A DNA stretch of 64,000 bases from Octopus sinensis (Eukaryota), in assembly GCF_006345805.1 (NCBI RefSeq), contig NW_021834231.1:9237-73236 (forward strand). Direction: 5' to 3'. Made by a program: the position numbers and the translations under genes. Below are positions 27,955 through 42,853 of this stretch, in pieces. How positions within the stretch are numbered: the first letter of the stretch is position 1; the number at the start of each line of letters is the position of its first letter. The notes under the pieces are model-generated. The model searched no databases and was not told where the DNA came from. It was given only the letters and a program-made list of their open reading frames with translations.

Positions 27955-29749
27955 ATAAACATCTTATAAACAAAAGCAAAAAGAAAAAAATTCCATACAT
28001 ACACAGATGCAAACATGAAATGAGATGTAGGCATCAGTTACTCTCTGCCTAAAGTTGCTGTCATCGTATTAGCGCACAACTGCAATATTTGTACTGATGA
28101 AGATTACTAAATCAAAACCGTATGTGTCTACTAAAATGATAGGGTAATATCAGAATGGGACTTTTAAATACTATTATTGCCTGTCAAAAGGAAATAAGTT
28201 CATTTCACAGACAGGTCTCGTGAAGAAGTGGGGAAAAAATACATGAAGATTTTAAATGCCATGCATTTCGGAGAATGGTTATTATTTTTAAATCACTGAC
28301 TGAAGCCTTTGAATGACAACATCCAACCCCGAAATCTTTAATATCAATGCATCATGATTTGACGCATGTTTTGTCTTTGACATCACAAATTGTATAGTGG
28401 ACAATGACCGAATAAAAAACATAACTCAATAAGAAATAGCAAAAATAAAAAAAACAAACGGGAATAAAAATGATAGATTTCGACCATAAGTGAATAATAC
28501 AATAAGGAAGGATTATTTTCTTAATGTCAATACTGATTCACATTTTAACGATCCTGAAGCTTTTACCGTGCTATGAATAAGCTACATAATGGAAAGGCAC
28601 CAGTAAGGTTTGAATAATGACATGAGATATTAACGTTTTATAGAATGAGAATCACTTGTGTATAGAAATCAAAGTTGACATAACAATTTGGCGTGGCGTA
28701 GTACGGAAAAAGGTTTTAGGTGCTCAAGACATCGACTTGTCAGAAATGTATGGTCGTATTGACTGATTTATAAAATTGTGCCTCTGTCTCTGTCAATACT
28801 ACCAAGACTAATGTGAACCCGATGCAGTAGTGACTGGTAAGTAAACTGTTCTGAAATACATTGTATGAGAGCGTGCAGAACAAGTTTTATTTAATATGTG
28901 TTCTCTGAATTTTAAAAAAACACCTTAGAATCTTTGTAATCTTTTTATTACGAAAAAGGTGTTGTTGAAATCCTCACCCTCGTAACTGGAAGCAAAAATA
29001 AGGTCCTTGATGTTATATATCTTTAGGTGGGAATATTTTAGAAAAAGAATTTACGCTACAGTTTATTTTGGCTCTAATTTTGTTTAGAAAAAAAATATAA
29101 ACCGGAATTCTATAACGCTTCAACTCACACATGTATATAACCTATTTGATTACTAACATTTATTTACAATGCCAGCGATTCTCACAAATAAGACACATTT
29201 AATAACAGCGATTCCAGATCACATAGAAAAAGGAATTTGGCACAAGAAACATTTGTACGAGGTGTAAAACAAGAGAAAAACGGCTTTAATTGAAAAACAT
29301 CGGCATTAATGTCAAGATCAGCTTATGAGAAAATTTGTTCAAATTTAGAGATAGAGAAAATTTGTGTACGACCTGCATCGAGGTTTAAAGGTTTTGTGTT
29401 AAAAGTATAAATTTTTCCCTTTGTAACAAAAGTCGTTGTTTATGTTAGTAAGTGTTGAAATACTAACGAGGAAAAGATGTCATGTTTGCTAACGGAGAAA
29501 ATGTCTAAAGTTTGTCGCAGCGTATTTGATCTTTCGATAAAACAGCTGGGAAATACTATCCTACGATTCAAATGATGTAGCATAACACTAGAAGTATCTT
29601 TTAAAAGAGAAAATAATATATTCAAGACACAAGTTTATTCCTGCATTTATGACTATATATACATATGCATACATGTGCGTATATGTATCTATGCATGTAT
29701 GGATATATCTCTGTTTTATCTGTCTACGTATATGTATGTATATGCATAC

Positions 29750-29790
<41 letters not shown>

Positions 29791-30138
29791 GCCTTTGCAC
29801 AGCTTCTAACGCCGGAGATGTACTACAGTGTCAGCTGTTCACTACCAGTGAACTAAGGTAACACCTCTTATTTTTTTAGCCCTTTCCGGAGTATTCGAGT
29901 GGTCCCAAGCAGTGCTGTTTCCTGCAAGTGCTCCACCCTTATTGCAGCCCCTATTTGTTCCATATACTTCTCGAGATTTTTGCTCACTGTTCCCAGGACT
30001 CCGACAATTATTGGTAATAGTAGTAGTAGTAGTAGTACAACTACTACTACTACTACTACAACAACCACTACTACTACTACAACTACACTACTACTACTAC
30101 TACTACAACTACCACTACTACTATCATTATTATTATTA

Positions 30139-30172
<34 letters not shown>

Positions 30173-30506
30173 GCCTTTGCACAGCTTCTAACGCCGGAGA
30201 TGTACTACAGTGTCAGCTGTTCACTACCAGTGAACTAAGGTAACACCTCTTATTTTTTTAGCCCTTTCCGGAGTATTCGAGTGGTCCCAAGCAGTGCTGT
30301 TTCCTGCAAGTGCTCCACCCTTATTGCAGCCCCTATTTGTTCCATATACTTCTCGAGATTTTTGCTCACTGTTCCCAGGACTCCGACAATTATTGGTAAT
30401 AGTAGTAGTAGTAGTAGTACAACTACTACTACTACTACTACAACAACCACTACTACTACTACTACAACTACCACTACTACTACTACTACAACTACCACTA
30501 CTACTA

Positions 30507-30537
<31 letters not shown>
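29750..30537 (-). mobile_element. Tandem duplication (period 382 bp) of an R4/Dong-type LINE 3' end
   Basis: PIIVGVLGTVSKNLEKYMEQIG...LQETALLGTTRILRK* occurs twice (ORFs 29868 and 30250), each followed by a short UTR and an (AAT)n tail. Confidence 0.88.
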
Positions 30538-31005
30538 CGAGTGAGAGAGCAGTGCATGCCATCAAAGTGGCACTGGGGTACAAATATACGAAGCCCAGTA
30601 TACCCGCCATGACTACCCCTCTGATAAGGGTACACCAGGCTCATGAATCACAGCCATATGTGCGTGACATAGTGAGCTCATATCAAGATAAGCAGCACAT
30701 AACTTTGCAGGTGAGGTCCAGTTAGAATTTTCTTCTGGTCGAGTAACCCATCCCGCTCAAAAGGTCCCTAAATAAGGATTGTTTAAGGATGTTGAACGAA
30801 CCACCGGTGTTACCAAAGGTGAATTATCCAAACAGCCAAGAATTCCTTTCAACACACGGCTTTGATACTCCCCCACTACTTCTGCTCATGATCAGAGACG
30901 CACATATCTTCAGCCACTAAGGGACATGCTCAACTGGTTAAGGTCAAACAACTGACAAGCATATCTGTGGTATTGAGCAGAATATTTGCTTTAACCCATC
31001 TTTTA
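30538..31005 (-). repeat. Probable interspersed retroposon ending in an (AAT)n tail
   Basis: A more GC-rich 470-bp block bounded by ATT tracts, with only one copy in this window; family unassigned. Confidence 0.45.
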
Positions 31006-31026
31006 TTATTATTATTTGCTGTAGCC

Positions 31027-31066
<40 letters not shown>

Positions 31067-31077
31067 TCCATTATCAC

Positions 31078-31128
<51 letters not shown>

Positions 31129-31256
31129 CATCATCATTATTATTGTTATTACTATTTTATTATAATCATCATTATTATCATCATTATTGTTATTGTTATT
31201 ATGATATTATTATTATTATTATTACTACTATTTTATTATTATCATTATTATTATTA

Positions 31257-31290
<34 letters not shown>

Positions 31291-31325
31291 CATTATTATT
31301 ATTTTATTATTATTATCATTATTAT

Positions 31326-31772
31326 CATGGCAGAATCCCCAAGGACATACTCTACGGAGAGCTTGCTAGGGGTACTAGGTCTGTGGGTAGACCGATCTTA
31401 CGTTACAAGGATGTTTGCAAAAGGGATATGAAGGCCTGCAACATCAACATTAGCGGTTGGGAGGCAGTCGCCGGCAACCGTGGAGAATGGCGACGTACAG
31501 TAAAAGAGGGTATACAGAGGAGTGACAGAAAGAGAGAGGAGAAATGAAAGAAAGGAAGAGACATAAACAAGAGACCATGGCACTACAACCAGCCAGGAAC
31601 AGTCTTCGCTACATTTGCAGTACCTGCCAGAGGGAGTGTTTGTCCATGATAGGACTACACAGCCACAGCAAGAAATGTAACAGGAAATAAAATATAACAG
31701 CCGGACTAGACCTGGAAAAAAAAAATGCGCAACTCCATTGTCTCCCGAGACAGAAAGGATGCCAAACAAACA
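31326..31772 (+). mobile_element. RTE LINE 3' end
   Basis: GRIPKDILYGELARGTRSVGRPILRYKDVCKRDMK; terminal stem-loop TGTCTC-CC-GAGACA followed by GGATGCC(AAAC)n. Confidence 0.9.
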
Positions 31773-31826
31773 ATTATCATTATTGTTATTATTATTATTA
31801 TTATTTTATTATTATCATTATTGTTA

Positions 31827-31875
<49 letters not shown>

Positions 31876-32362
31876 CATCATCATTATTATTCCTTCTCTT
31901 TTATTATCTTATACATATATATGAGTGTCTGCGTGTATCTTTGTGTGTGTATGATTGTCTACATTTTAACAGAGGTATATGAATATATATTTTGCATTTT
32001 TGTGCAAATGGATTTAGTTTCTAAGGTGAGACAATTTGGAATCATCATAAAACTCCTCTTTTGCATAACTGATATTTCTACTACTACTGGTTGTGTTGTG
32101 ACTACTCAGCGCATATTATTCATGCTATCGTTTTTATTACAATATTTATATATTTTTAATGTAAAATCGTTTATTATCCATTAATCGTCTATACTTCAAA
32201 GGAGGCATGGTTTCTCATTATTCATTTATTTGCTTATATTTAATTCACGATGAAATCTTACATGTGTCTGAAATATTAAAATATTCTTTCCTAAAAATTC
32301 TATCGATAATAATTATAATAATAATAATAATAATAATATAATAATAATAATAATAATAAAAT

Positions 32363-32432
<70 letters not shown>

Positions 32433-32436
32433 TAAA

Positions 32437-32546
<110 letters not shown>

Positions 32547-32594
32547 GAAGAAGAAGAAGAAAGAAGAAGAAGAAGAAGATGATGAAGAAAAAGT

Positions 32595-33190
32595 ATGACA
32601 GAGTTGGAACCTACATACACAGGAAGCTATGCCAACATTATGGGATAACAACAGAAAAAAGATGGTATAGGCACACACCAGAAAAGGTCACAGAAAACGA
32701 GAAAGCAACCATACTCTGGGATATGCCGATACACACAGATAGAGAAATTAAGGCCAACAGACCAGATATAGTTGTCAGAGATCATGAAGAAAAAAATGCT
32801 TTCTAATTGATGTATCAATACCGGCAGATGACAACGTGTCTCTAAAAGAAATGGAGAAACTTTCAAAATACAAAGACCTAGAAATAGAGGTAACCAGAAT
32901 GTAGAATCTAAAAACAGAAACAATTCCTATCATAGTAGGTGCATTAGGCATGATAAAAAAATATTCAGACAAATACATAACAAAAACACCAGGACTTACA
33001 AACACATATAACATACAGAAAATTGCACTACTAGGCACTGCACACATCCTACGCAGAACACTTTCCATACAATAACCATCAGAGCATCACAACAAATCAC
33101 AGCACATACCCAAGGCACACAGAGCTGCGCTCGGTAGTGAAGTGAAAGCACGCTATAAAAATAAAACTACTGAATAATAATAATAATAAT
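32595..33190 (+). mobile_element. R4/Dong-clade LINE 3' end (RLE endonuclease)
   Basis: WYRHTPEKVTENEKATILWD...NRPDIVV...LIDVSIP...KYKDLEIE...PIIVGALG...QKIALLGTAHILRR*, then an (AAT)n tail; embedded in an AAT/AAG tract. Confidence 0.92.
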
Positions 33191-33214
33191 GCCAGTAGGC
33201 CATACATTATACGC

Positions 33215-33425
33215 TTTTCTACTCGAGGCACAAGGCCTGAAAGTTTTGGAGAGGTGGGTGCAGTCGATTAGATCGACTCCAGTACGCGACTTGTGCTTAA
33301 TTTATCGAACCCGAAAGGATTAAAGGCAAAGTCGACCTCGGTTGAACTTGAACTTAGAATGTAAAGACAGACAAAATACCGGTAAGCATTTCGCCCAGCG
33401 TGCTAACGTTTCTGCCAGCTCACCG
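33215..33425 (-). mobile_element. Family A SINE (older tail)
   Basis: Reverse complement of the family A head and body. Confidence 0.85.
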
Positions 33426-33809
33426 ACTTAGGCCAGGCAATATACTGAAGGACCTTAGACAAGCATCATGCTTCCTCATCGATATGACTGTCCCAATCGA
33501 CATAAATGCATGTCAAGACCTACCAAACACTGAGCAAGTATAAAGACCTTGAAATAGAAGAAGAAGAAGAAGAAGAAGAAGAAGAAGAAGAAGAAGAAGA
33601 AGAAGAAGAAGAAGAAGAAGAAGAAGAAGAAGAAGAAGAAGAAGAAGAGTAGCAAACAACATGACCTTGTGAAGCGAGCTTCCGGGAAGCTAGATCAAAC
33701 GTGAAACCATCACGAAGCAGGAATTAAGAACCCTAAAAAAACAATGAAAGTAAGCTGTGATTTAATGTAAGTCATCTCCGGAAACGGAAGGGTGTTTTTC
33801 CTCGTATGG

Positions 33810-34202
<393 letters not shown>

Positions 34203-34329
34203 GAAGGAAATAGCTTCCTTCAGATGCGCCGCCGCTGCAACAAGTGCCTGAAAATATAAACGGATGATTGCAATACCAATACCTCTATTCGAAAATTGCA
34301 AAACTGTGAGGAAAATTCTAATCACAAAT

Positions 34330-34973
34330 AATAAATACTTGGGCAGTATCGTTACTTAAATACTGAGCAGCGTTTGTAGGTTGCACAAAAACTGAATTTT
34401 TAAAGCTAGACAGAATTAGGTAGGAATTCAATATGAATGGAGGACTCCAAGAGCAGGTGTAGCAAGATTATGCTTTCTTAGAAAGGAAAGTGGAAGAGGG
34501 TTAATATCAGCAGAAAACTGCGTGGAGTTAGCTGGAGAAGATGTAGGTAATAGTAAAGAAAATTTATTAAGAGCTGCTAGAGTCACAGCAAGACATAGGG
34601 AAATCTAAAAAAAACGAAACGAAGTTAAAAACCAGAAGAAATAGAACAGAAATTATCTGACTGGAAGAAGAAGGCTCTGCATGGCAGATCCCCAAATGTA
34701 GTTGCAGCAAATAGCAATAGTGTTATAGGATTATATTAGGCACATTAGGTATGATAAAAAAAAAACGTTCAGACAAGTAAATAACAAAAATACTAGGACG
34801 AACATGTATATATAACATACAAAAAATAGCACTAATACGTACTGCACATTCCCTGCGTAGAACATATTCAAAACAGTGAAAAGAAGAGCATCACAACAAA
34901 CCACAGCACATAGCCAAGTCTCACAGAGCTGTGTTCAGTACTGCAGTGAAAGCACGTGATAAAAATAAGACTA

Positions 34974-35027
<54 letters not shown>

Positions 35028-35040
35028 TTATAATAATAAT
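34330..35040 (+). mobile_element. R4/Dong LINE fragments (post-RT region and 3' end)
   Basis: RKESGRGLISAENC-like segment at about 34480-34520; the 3' end at 34730-34980 is homologous to 32930-33180. Confidence 0.75.
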
Positions 35041-35129
35041 GATGATGATGATGATGATGATATGATGATGATGATGATGATGATGATGATAACAGGGAAG
35101 GAGAAAGTAACCTTTAGAAACTCCCCTCT

Positions 35130-36390
35130 CATGGAAGTTGAACACTTTTAGAAATATATTTGGAGTGATGAAAAGACTTAAAATGAAAATTTAGACTGGA
35201 TTATACGCACAGAAGGATCCGACCGAAACGTGCCATAGCAAGCATGGGAAACATACCTAAGGATGACACTTACGGAAGCTCATAAGTAGAAATTCCCTGG
35301 TAATGATAGGGTGCCAAGTTTCTGGCTCGCATCGCTCCCCTGCGCCCACGGAAAGTTAGTCCATTTATTCAATGAAATTATGAGAGATTCTAGGAAAACA
35401 CCTGATTGGTTAGAAAGAGGTACTACTTATCTACTCCCGAAGAATAATGAAACCAAATCTCCACAAAACTATTGGCCCATAACATTTACCACGTATAAAA
35501 TTTTAACGTCCATCCTCGTAGAGAAAAAATACAAATTTATGGTACAGAACGATATTTTCCCCACTGAACAAAAGGGGTGCCGACGAAGCTCATATGGATG
35601 CAAAGACCGATTCTTAATCAATCGCATGAGCCTTGAGACGTATCATAACAATCACAGAAATCTCAGTTCTGCTTGGATTGATTATAAAAAGGCCTTCGAC
35701 AGCATTACCACATTCATGGATCTTGAAATCGTTAGATAGTCAGAATTTCTCCGGTGATTTCAAACTTCCTTAAGTACATGTCAGTGTGGAATACGAATCT
35801 CCAATTATGCCACCTTAATGGAGTACTGATCACAAAAATCAATAATATCAACTGCGGCATTTTCCAAGATGACACACTTTTGATTTTTTGTATAGCCCTA
35901 ATACCATTTACAAGTGAACTTAACAGAACAGGGTATAGATATAGAATAGGCGACGAGAAAACAAATCATATGTTTTATATGGATGAGGTAAAATGTTATG
36001 GCAAAGACTATAATGAGCTTGAAGGACTACTACATACTGTGAAAGCATTCAGTGATGACATTGAGATGGAATTTGGTCTTGATAAATGTATCAAGGCTTC
36101 TTTCCAAAAAGGGAAACTAAAGACCTCACATTCAGTGGTGTTGGATGTTGACGCAGGCATAAAAGAACTCGGGCAGGAGGAAACTTACAAATACCTCGGA
36201 ATAAAGGAGAGCTCTGGCCTTCAGTATGCAAGTATGAAAGAGAAGATCAAGAAGCAGTGTTGCTGGAGAGTTCAAGCAATCCTAAAATCCGAGTTAAATG
36301 CACGTAACAAGGTGTTAGCTATAAATTCCTTAGCAGTTCCGGTTGTTATTTACAGTTTCAATGGGTTGAACTGGAATATCAGCAAAATAT
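35130..36390 (+). mobile_element. R4/Dong LINE reverse transcriptase, decayed
   Basis: ORFs 35311 and 35754 contain EQKGCRRSSYGCKD, AWIDYKKAFDS, GIFQDD, HMFYMDE, GLDKC, YKYLGI and NARNKVLAINSLAVPV. Confidence 0.92.
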
Positions 36391-37772
36391 TCCAGTTCTT
36401 TATCTCCCCATTATTTTCTGTGATTACATTTTTTCATTTTCCTTTTTTTTCCTTTTTCTCTCTGTCTTTCTTCCTCTTTTTCTCTGTCTTTCTTCCTCTT
36501 TTTCTCTGTTACATGACTTTGTAAATGAACAATCTAGTGTGCTTAGCGCTTATTTTAATGGCTTGCCAATGTATACAGTGCGTTTCTCTGCCCTATGTGT
36601 CAAGAAGACACTCGGCGAAAAAAGGAAACAGAATTGAAAGATGATAATGAAAATAATAATAATAACAACAACAACAACAATAATAATAATAGCAACAAAA
36701 CAAATCTACAACTAAGCAAAACAGATGTAGCATTTAAAAGCAATCCTACACTACCCAACCCAATGCTACACACACAGCGGAATCAAAATCATAAAGTGAA
36801 CGGTGCAGTAGAAACCTTCGTCAAACTAGTGGAAAACATATTAAAATGAAATTGTGATGATCAAAATCATTAAAACTTTGAAAATATGCATCTAAAATAA
36901 TTTAATAATTCTTATACTCCCACGGTCAATCCGTTTCTAAAGAAATATGAAAGGAGATAAATTTAGTTTGGGATTTTAGATTTATTATGTACGACTATTC
37001 TCTTTTCCAAACAACATTTTACTTTGTAAATATGCCAGAATTTTCGTACATACTATCACAAAATTATCTTCGATTTCAAATTGTGCAAACATTTTTGTTA
37101 CGTGGACATATTTGCCAAAGATTTTCTTGCAAACTCTAGCTTAAAAATCAAACGCAATTTTCTTATTTTGTTTCCTCCTTGTATTTAACTTAATGAGGCA
37201 AGAGAAATTGCTGAGCAAATTATTGGTTTAATTCAGCTAGACTTGTCTTGAACGGCAATCCTTAGTAAATCTAAAATGCGCAACCTCAATTATTGAGGCA
37301 AAATTGTGTTACAACAAATTACATACAGATCAATGGCTCACTAGACGTAGCCAGAATATGTTTAGCATTTCGTTTGATCGTTGCAGGAATTACAGAAATC
37401 TTACGCTTCTTGACAGTCTTGAGAATTATTCTAATGATTGATATAGGTCAGAGTTGTGCCAGGTTAAGAGAATTTTAGATTCTGCATAGAAGGAGAGGGA
37501 AATATAACTTCTCAGATATCCTTCTATATGATATTACAGCCTTAACAACATCAACAATAAACTGGAAAACAGGAATAAATGCTACATCTAAGGACTTTGC
37601 ATGAACTCATTTGGAAAGCACAGACCTTTATTGCCATAATTTATGAAAACCTAACATAAAGATAACACAGTTTACTTATATATATATATATAATATATAT
37701 ATATATAATATATATATATATAAATATATATATGTATGTATATATATATATATATATTTATGTATGTATATG

Positions 37773-37809
<37 letters not shown>

Positions 37810-37920
37810 GTATGTATATGTATGTATATATATATATATGTATATGTATGTATATGTATATATATATATGTATATATATGTATATATATATATATGTATA
37901 TATATATATGTATATATATG

Positions 37921-37978
<58 letters not shown>

Positions 37979-38094
37979 TGTATGTATGTATGTGTGTATG
38001 TATGTATGTACGTATTATTAGGGTTATATATTCGTTTTGCAAAATGGCTGATCATTAGTAAGGAAAGACACACAAAAAAGAAAGAAGAAAGCAG

Positions 38095-38152
38095 CGGATC
38101 ACTGATGAGGTCACAGAAGTGTGACGAAAGAATTCTGGCCGAAATACGATTA
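38095..38152 (+). ncRNA. Hammerhead ribozyme-like motif
   Basis: CTGATGA at 38102, then G-GTCACA-GAAG-TGTGAC-GAAA-GAATTC; an alternative stem II is GGTCA/TGGCC followed by GAAA. Confidence 0.45.
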
Positions 38153-38353
38153 ATATAAAAAATAAGATAAAGCTGAAGCAAATGAACACCAAATATATAG
38201 TGCGTGTATTTTTATCAGTTAAACTGGCAACATGACCATCCCCAAATACAACAATACACACACACATATATATATACACACAGACACATACATATATGAG
38301 TGTGTGCATGTGTCAGGTATATATACATGCTTAAATGTTTGTGTATATATATT

Positions 38354-38398
<45 letters not shown>

Positions 38399-39059
38399 GT
38401 ATGTATATGTATGTATATATACATTTATATTAACATATAAGTATTCGTAAACCATTCTTATGTTTATAAACATTTATATACGCATACATACGTGCACGCG
38501 TGCATGCGTGAATGGACTTTTGTTTTTGAAATGAACATAATTTCTCAACGCATAAAATACCGCATGCCTATATCTGGCAGTAAACTCATAGTATCAGTTT
38601 GCACATCACGAAATAATACTTAAAGGATATAATCAAAATTACCAGCAGGGTATATACTATACTTCATATATTATATCTTACTTTAGTTAATACCTATATT
38701 TATTTAATATGAAGGAACTACACGCGTAGGATTGTTGTTATTGTAGTAGTGAGCCTTCCATTTCATTCTATCTATAAATTTTTTAGCTGGTTAATTAGGT
38801 CCTGTATATATTATTTCCTGCTGGGAATAGATATATCCTTCAAAGATGAGTTCCACTCTATCATCTCAACCCTACCTGAAAGATCCATTTCTGACACATA
38901 TAAGAAGTCCAAGTGGTAGAACCAATTGTATGATTAATATAAATAATTTGGGAAGACAAATTTCCAAATTAATTAAGTGCAACATTTCAGAGTTATATGC
39001 ATCTACATATCACACTTTGGGGTATTATTTATCGTATATTTTTATATATTTACAACTTT

Positions 39060-41245
39060 TATAGCCAATATAATGAAATAAAGTAGTTTACTTACCTGTC
39101 TCGTGGTTAGACGTATTTTTTGGCGGTGAGTCAAACGTTTTGTTGAGTGCTGGATAATTTTTCTGTTGGAATTATTTATTGTTGAACATTTTCGAACTGT
39201 TGAACATTGTTGAACTGTTAAACTTTGAAAATGCTTGTGCTTTTTCCCGGTGACGAGAGAAAGCAATTGTTTGTGTAAAGCCATTTTTGCAATCGTGAAC
39301 TGTTGAGATATTGAACTTGTTAAAGCCGTTGTAGACTTTATTGTCGTACCTACCACCAGCGGGGGTGGGATTCGAACTGTTATCGTCATTAAGAGGAAAA
39401 AAAATTATAGGTTTCCCGTTTCTAGGGATAATCAATTTATTATTGTGTGAAAATTTTAATTTTAGCCGTCGTAGGTTATACTGTGGCACCCCGCCCCTAG
39501 CGGGGTGAGATTTGAACTGTTGTCCTCGTTGTGAGAGAAAAAAACATATTATAGGTTTCCTGGTTTTTTTTGGATACCGTATTTTTATTCTTGTGTGAAA
39601 AATTGAATATCGACCGTTGTAGGTTTTGTTGTTATGGCTCGCTCCCCAGCGGGGGTGGGATTTGAACTGTTGTCCTCGTTGAGAGGAAAAAAAAGTAAAA
39701 AATTATAGGTTTCCCGTTTTCTAGTATTAAATTGTGCATAAATTTATTTCGAACGAATACGTCGATCGAAGTAATTTCTGATAAAAATTCACTGGAAGAG
39801 CCAGTTAAGAAATTTTCAACAGTTACCGCGGTGGCTACTGAAAACGTCGAACTACCAAAGGGAAAGCTCTCAGAGTTTTTTGAAGAAATAAAAGAAGATG
39901 CGGGTGATATAAAAATATCACCCTCACCTAGTGTTGAAAAATTGAAAAGAAGGACAGTTGACATAGATCTGGTCTGGACGGGTGTTGTCAATGCTAGGAA
40001 GGGCGAAGGCGGTGCAAATGTTTATAGCGTCGGTTACCACCTACCGCCTGGCCGTGGTGCTTTGCCCCGATTTGTGACTGAACAAGTTGGAGAGAATCCT
40101 TTTCCGCTTTTTGAGGAAGGGAGGGAATCCACTCGTGAAGCGCTCTGTCTGCTGCCAGAAACCGCTAAAGGGTGGGCTAAGGATGCTCTGGCTGAGGATG
40201 CGAAAATTCGCGTTAACGTTGAGGCACATCTGGCTTTACCTGGATGGGGATCAGGTGTGGTCACCGCACGTCCGGTTCAACCTTCCGCAATTAACGTCCT
40301 TAACGGACATTGGGAATTGCATCAAGCAGAGACCTTGGCTGCGGGACTGGCAATTGGAGTGCCGCCAGGCACTTCAGCTACTCTCTCGGGCGGGCAATGC
40401 CGCCAATAGGAGTTCTACTGCGGATTTCTATAGTGGGTTAGTGGAGTTTAAGTCCGAAGCCTCCTTGGTGGAGAACCTGGGCTACGATGAAAATCAGTTG
40501 ATCAACCTGTTCTGGAGAACTTTCGTGCCGGGGTATCAGGACAATTATCAGAAATCCCTGGCTTTGCAGTGCTTCCGTGCGGCGTTACCTGTTCTTGATA
40601 AACTGTCAAGGCACGGAAGTGCCTCGCCGACATGTCCGAGGTGCGGGCGGGACAGAGAAACCGTCTTGCACGCATTTTTGGAATGTCCGGAATTAACGAG
40701 ACTGATAGTTTTCACAGAGCAACTGTTGTCATCGATGGGAAGAGTACAGCTATCGGCTGAGTCTATCATTGAGATTGTGCCGCCTCCTTCCCTTAACAGG
40801 GAAAGGAAGGCTTACTTTTTCTGCGTAGTGGCCATACTGTAAGAAACAGTATGAAAGACGCGTGTGAGAGGCATAGTGACGGCTACTTTTGTATCCGGCC
40901 AGGGGTTGGTTAACTATTTTAGTTAGCACCTGAGTAGTAAATCATGTTGGAGAAGACGTATCTGTCACGAGATAGATTCATGAAAAGATGGAAGCCTGTG
41001 GCGAGGAAGCTGGGAGCGATTGGCACCAGATAAGTGGAGTCCCCCCCCAAAAAAAAGAAAGGGAAAGAGAAGGCAAGGGTTCCATCCTGGTGGTCGGGTG
41101 CCTTTCCTTCAGCGAAGTCATTGCAAATCGCAATGAGTAACATGTTATCATGTAATTGGTAATTAGTAATTTGTAAATTGTAATTTGTAAATAGTAATTT
41201 GTGATTTTCAAATTGTATGATAAATTTATCATCACAAATTTTTAA
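39060..41245 (+). mobile_element. Internally deleted Tx1/L1-clade LINE
   Basis: YRLAVV..P...LERILFRFL.KG..PLVKRSVCCQKPLKGGL (post-RT region) and zf-RVT CPRCGRDRETVLHAFLECP in ORF 40087..40842; TTGTAA-rich 3' UTR. Confidence 0.8.
39320..39730 (+). repeat. Three tandem monomers of about 145 bp (putative Tx1 5' UTR)
   Basis: CCGT.GTAG...GGGG.TG.GATT.GAACTGTT.TC...ATTATAGGTTTCC repeated at about 39325, 39464 and 39613. Confidence 0.85.
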
Positions 41246-41329
41246 ACGTTATGGCAGCTACTACACCTTTTTATGTTTGCCTGTCCGTGTTCGTCCCGTC
41301 TCTGTAATGCCTTCATGGCAAATTTTATG

Positions 41330-41730
41330 AAATAAAGTAGCTTGCCTGCCAACCACACATACAGGTGCATTCCCACTGCGTGACACCTTGAACAAGTGTC
41401 TTCCACTGTAGCCTCGGGTCGACCAAAGCCTTGTGAGTGAATTTGGTAGAAGGTAACTGAAAAAACCGTCGCATATATATGTGTGTGTGTGTATGCGTGA
41501 ATGTGTGTGTGTATGTGTGTGTGTGTGTGTGTGTATGTTTGTCCTCTCACCATCACTTGACAACCAATTTTGGTGTATTCACGTCCCCGTAAGCTAGCGG
41601 TTCCGCAAAGGAGGCCGATAGAATAAGTACTACGCTTACAAAGACTAAGTCATAGGGTCCATTTGTTCGACTTAACACGGTACTCCAGCATAGCCGCAGT
41701 CCAATGACTGAAATGAAAGAATGAAAGAAA
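41330..41730 (+). mobile_element. Family B SINE, diverged
   Basis: Homologous to the other family B copies. Confidence 0.85.
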
Positions 41731-41740
41731 GAAAGATATA

Positions 41741-41783
<43 letters not shown>

Positions 41784-41816
41784 GCATAAATATACATATA
41801 TATGTATGTACGTATA

Positions 41817-41858
<42 letters not shown>

Positions 41859-42066
41859 TATATACATATATGTATATATATATGTATACATATATATATA
41901 TATATATATAATATAATATATACATACATGTATTTATGTTTATTATATATATATGTATACAAAAAATATATATATATATACATATATATATGTATGTATA
42001 TGTGGTATGTATATATATAGATATATATATATATATATATAATATATATGTACATACATACATAAA

Positions 42067-42130
<64 letters not shown>

Positions 42131-42491
42131 AAACTTTTCATATTATGCACTATTTAACAAATTTATTCGTTTATTTAATTTTAAATCTACAGCTGATGCT
42201 CAAAATGCCAGACGTTTGCTTAATATGAATTTAAACGTTCACACATGCATATTTAAACCCAGTTACAAACAAAATCGATCCTTCTAATATTTTTACCTCA
42301 TTCTTCTTAAGATTTTTCTTCCTGCTTCATTTCCTTCCTTGGATGCTATAACCTCGTTTGTCGAATAATTTTTTTCTCATTATCAAGTAAGAAATCGAAG
42401 CTTTTAAATCAGATTTATAAACTTTCAACGCACGCAATCTCTCCCAATCTTTCTCCCTATTGATCAGGTGATGTATATATGAATATATATA

Positions 42492-42717
42492 TATAGTTAA
42501 TCCAAACATGAAAACACAAAGAGAAAATACAACAACGCGAGGACGTGGAACAAGTAAAGTGTTATTGGACGTTCAGGAAAGGAAAGAAAGAAGGAGGATT
42601 TAACATTTCGAGCGGAGCTCTTCGTCAGAAACATGGGAAAAAGAAAGATCCAAGGAAGGGAAGACGGAGCGAAATAAATGGCAAACGATACACAGCGGTC
42701 ACATTTTAAATGTGACA
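42492..42717 (-). mobile_element. PLE-pLTR-like element with hammerhead (copy 1)
   Basis: Homologous to 54177-54362. Minus 42597-42633 reads GTTT-CTGACGA-AGAGC-TCC-GCTC-GAAA-TGTT-AAAT. Ends in the palindrome GTCACATTTTAAATGTGAC. Confidence 0.75.
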
Positions 42718-42732
42718 TAGATAGATAAATAT

Positions 42733-42853
<121 letters not shown>

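Noticed and set aside
30967-31431. Signal-peptide-like poly-Tyr ORF
   Set aside because: An (ATT)n microsatellite joined to an RTE fragment.
37241-37441. 66-codon open frame after a TAG
   Set aside because: No start codon, weak acceptor and no motif; compatible with chance.
39732-40409. 225-aa ORF as a host gene
   Set aside because: It is a chimera of a Tx1 ORF1-like start and an out-of-frame reading of Tx1 ORF2.
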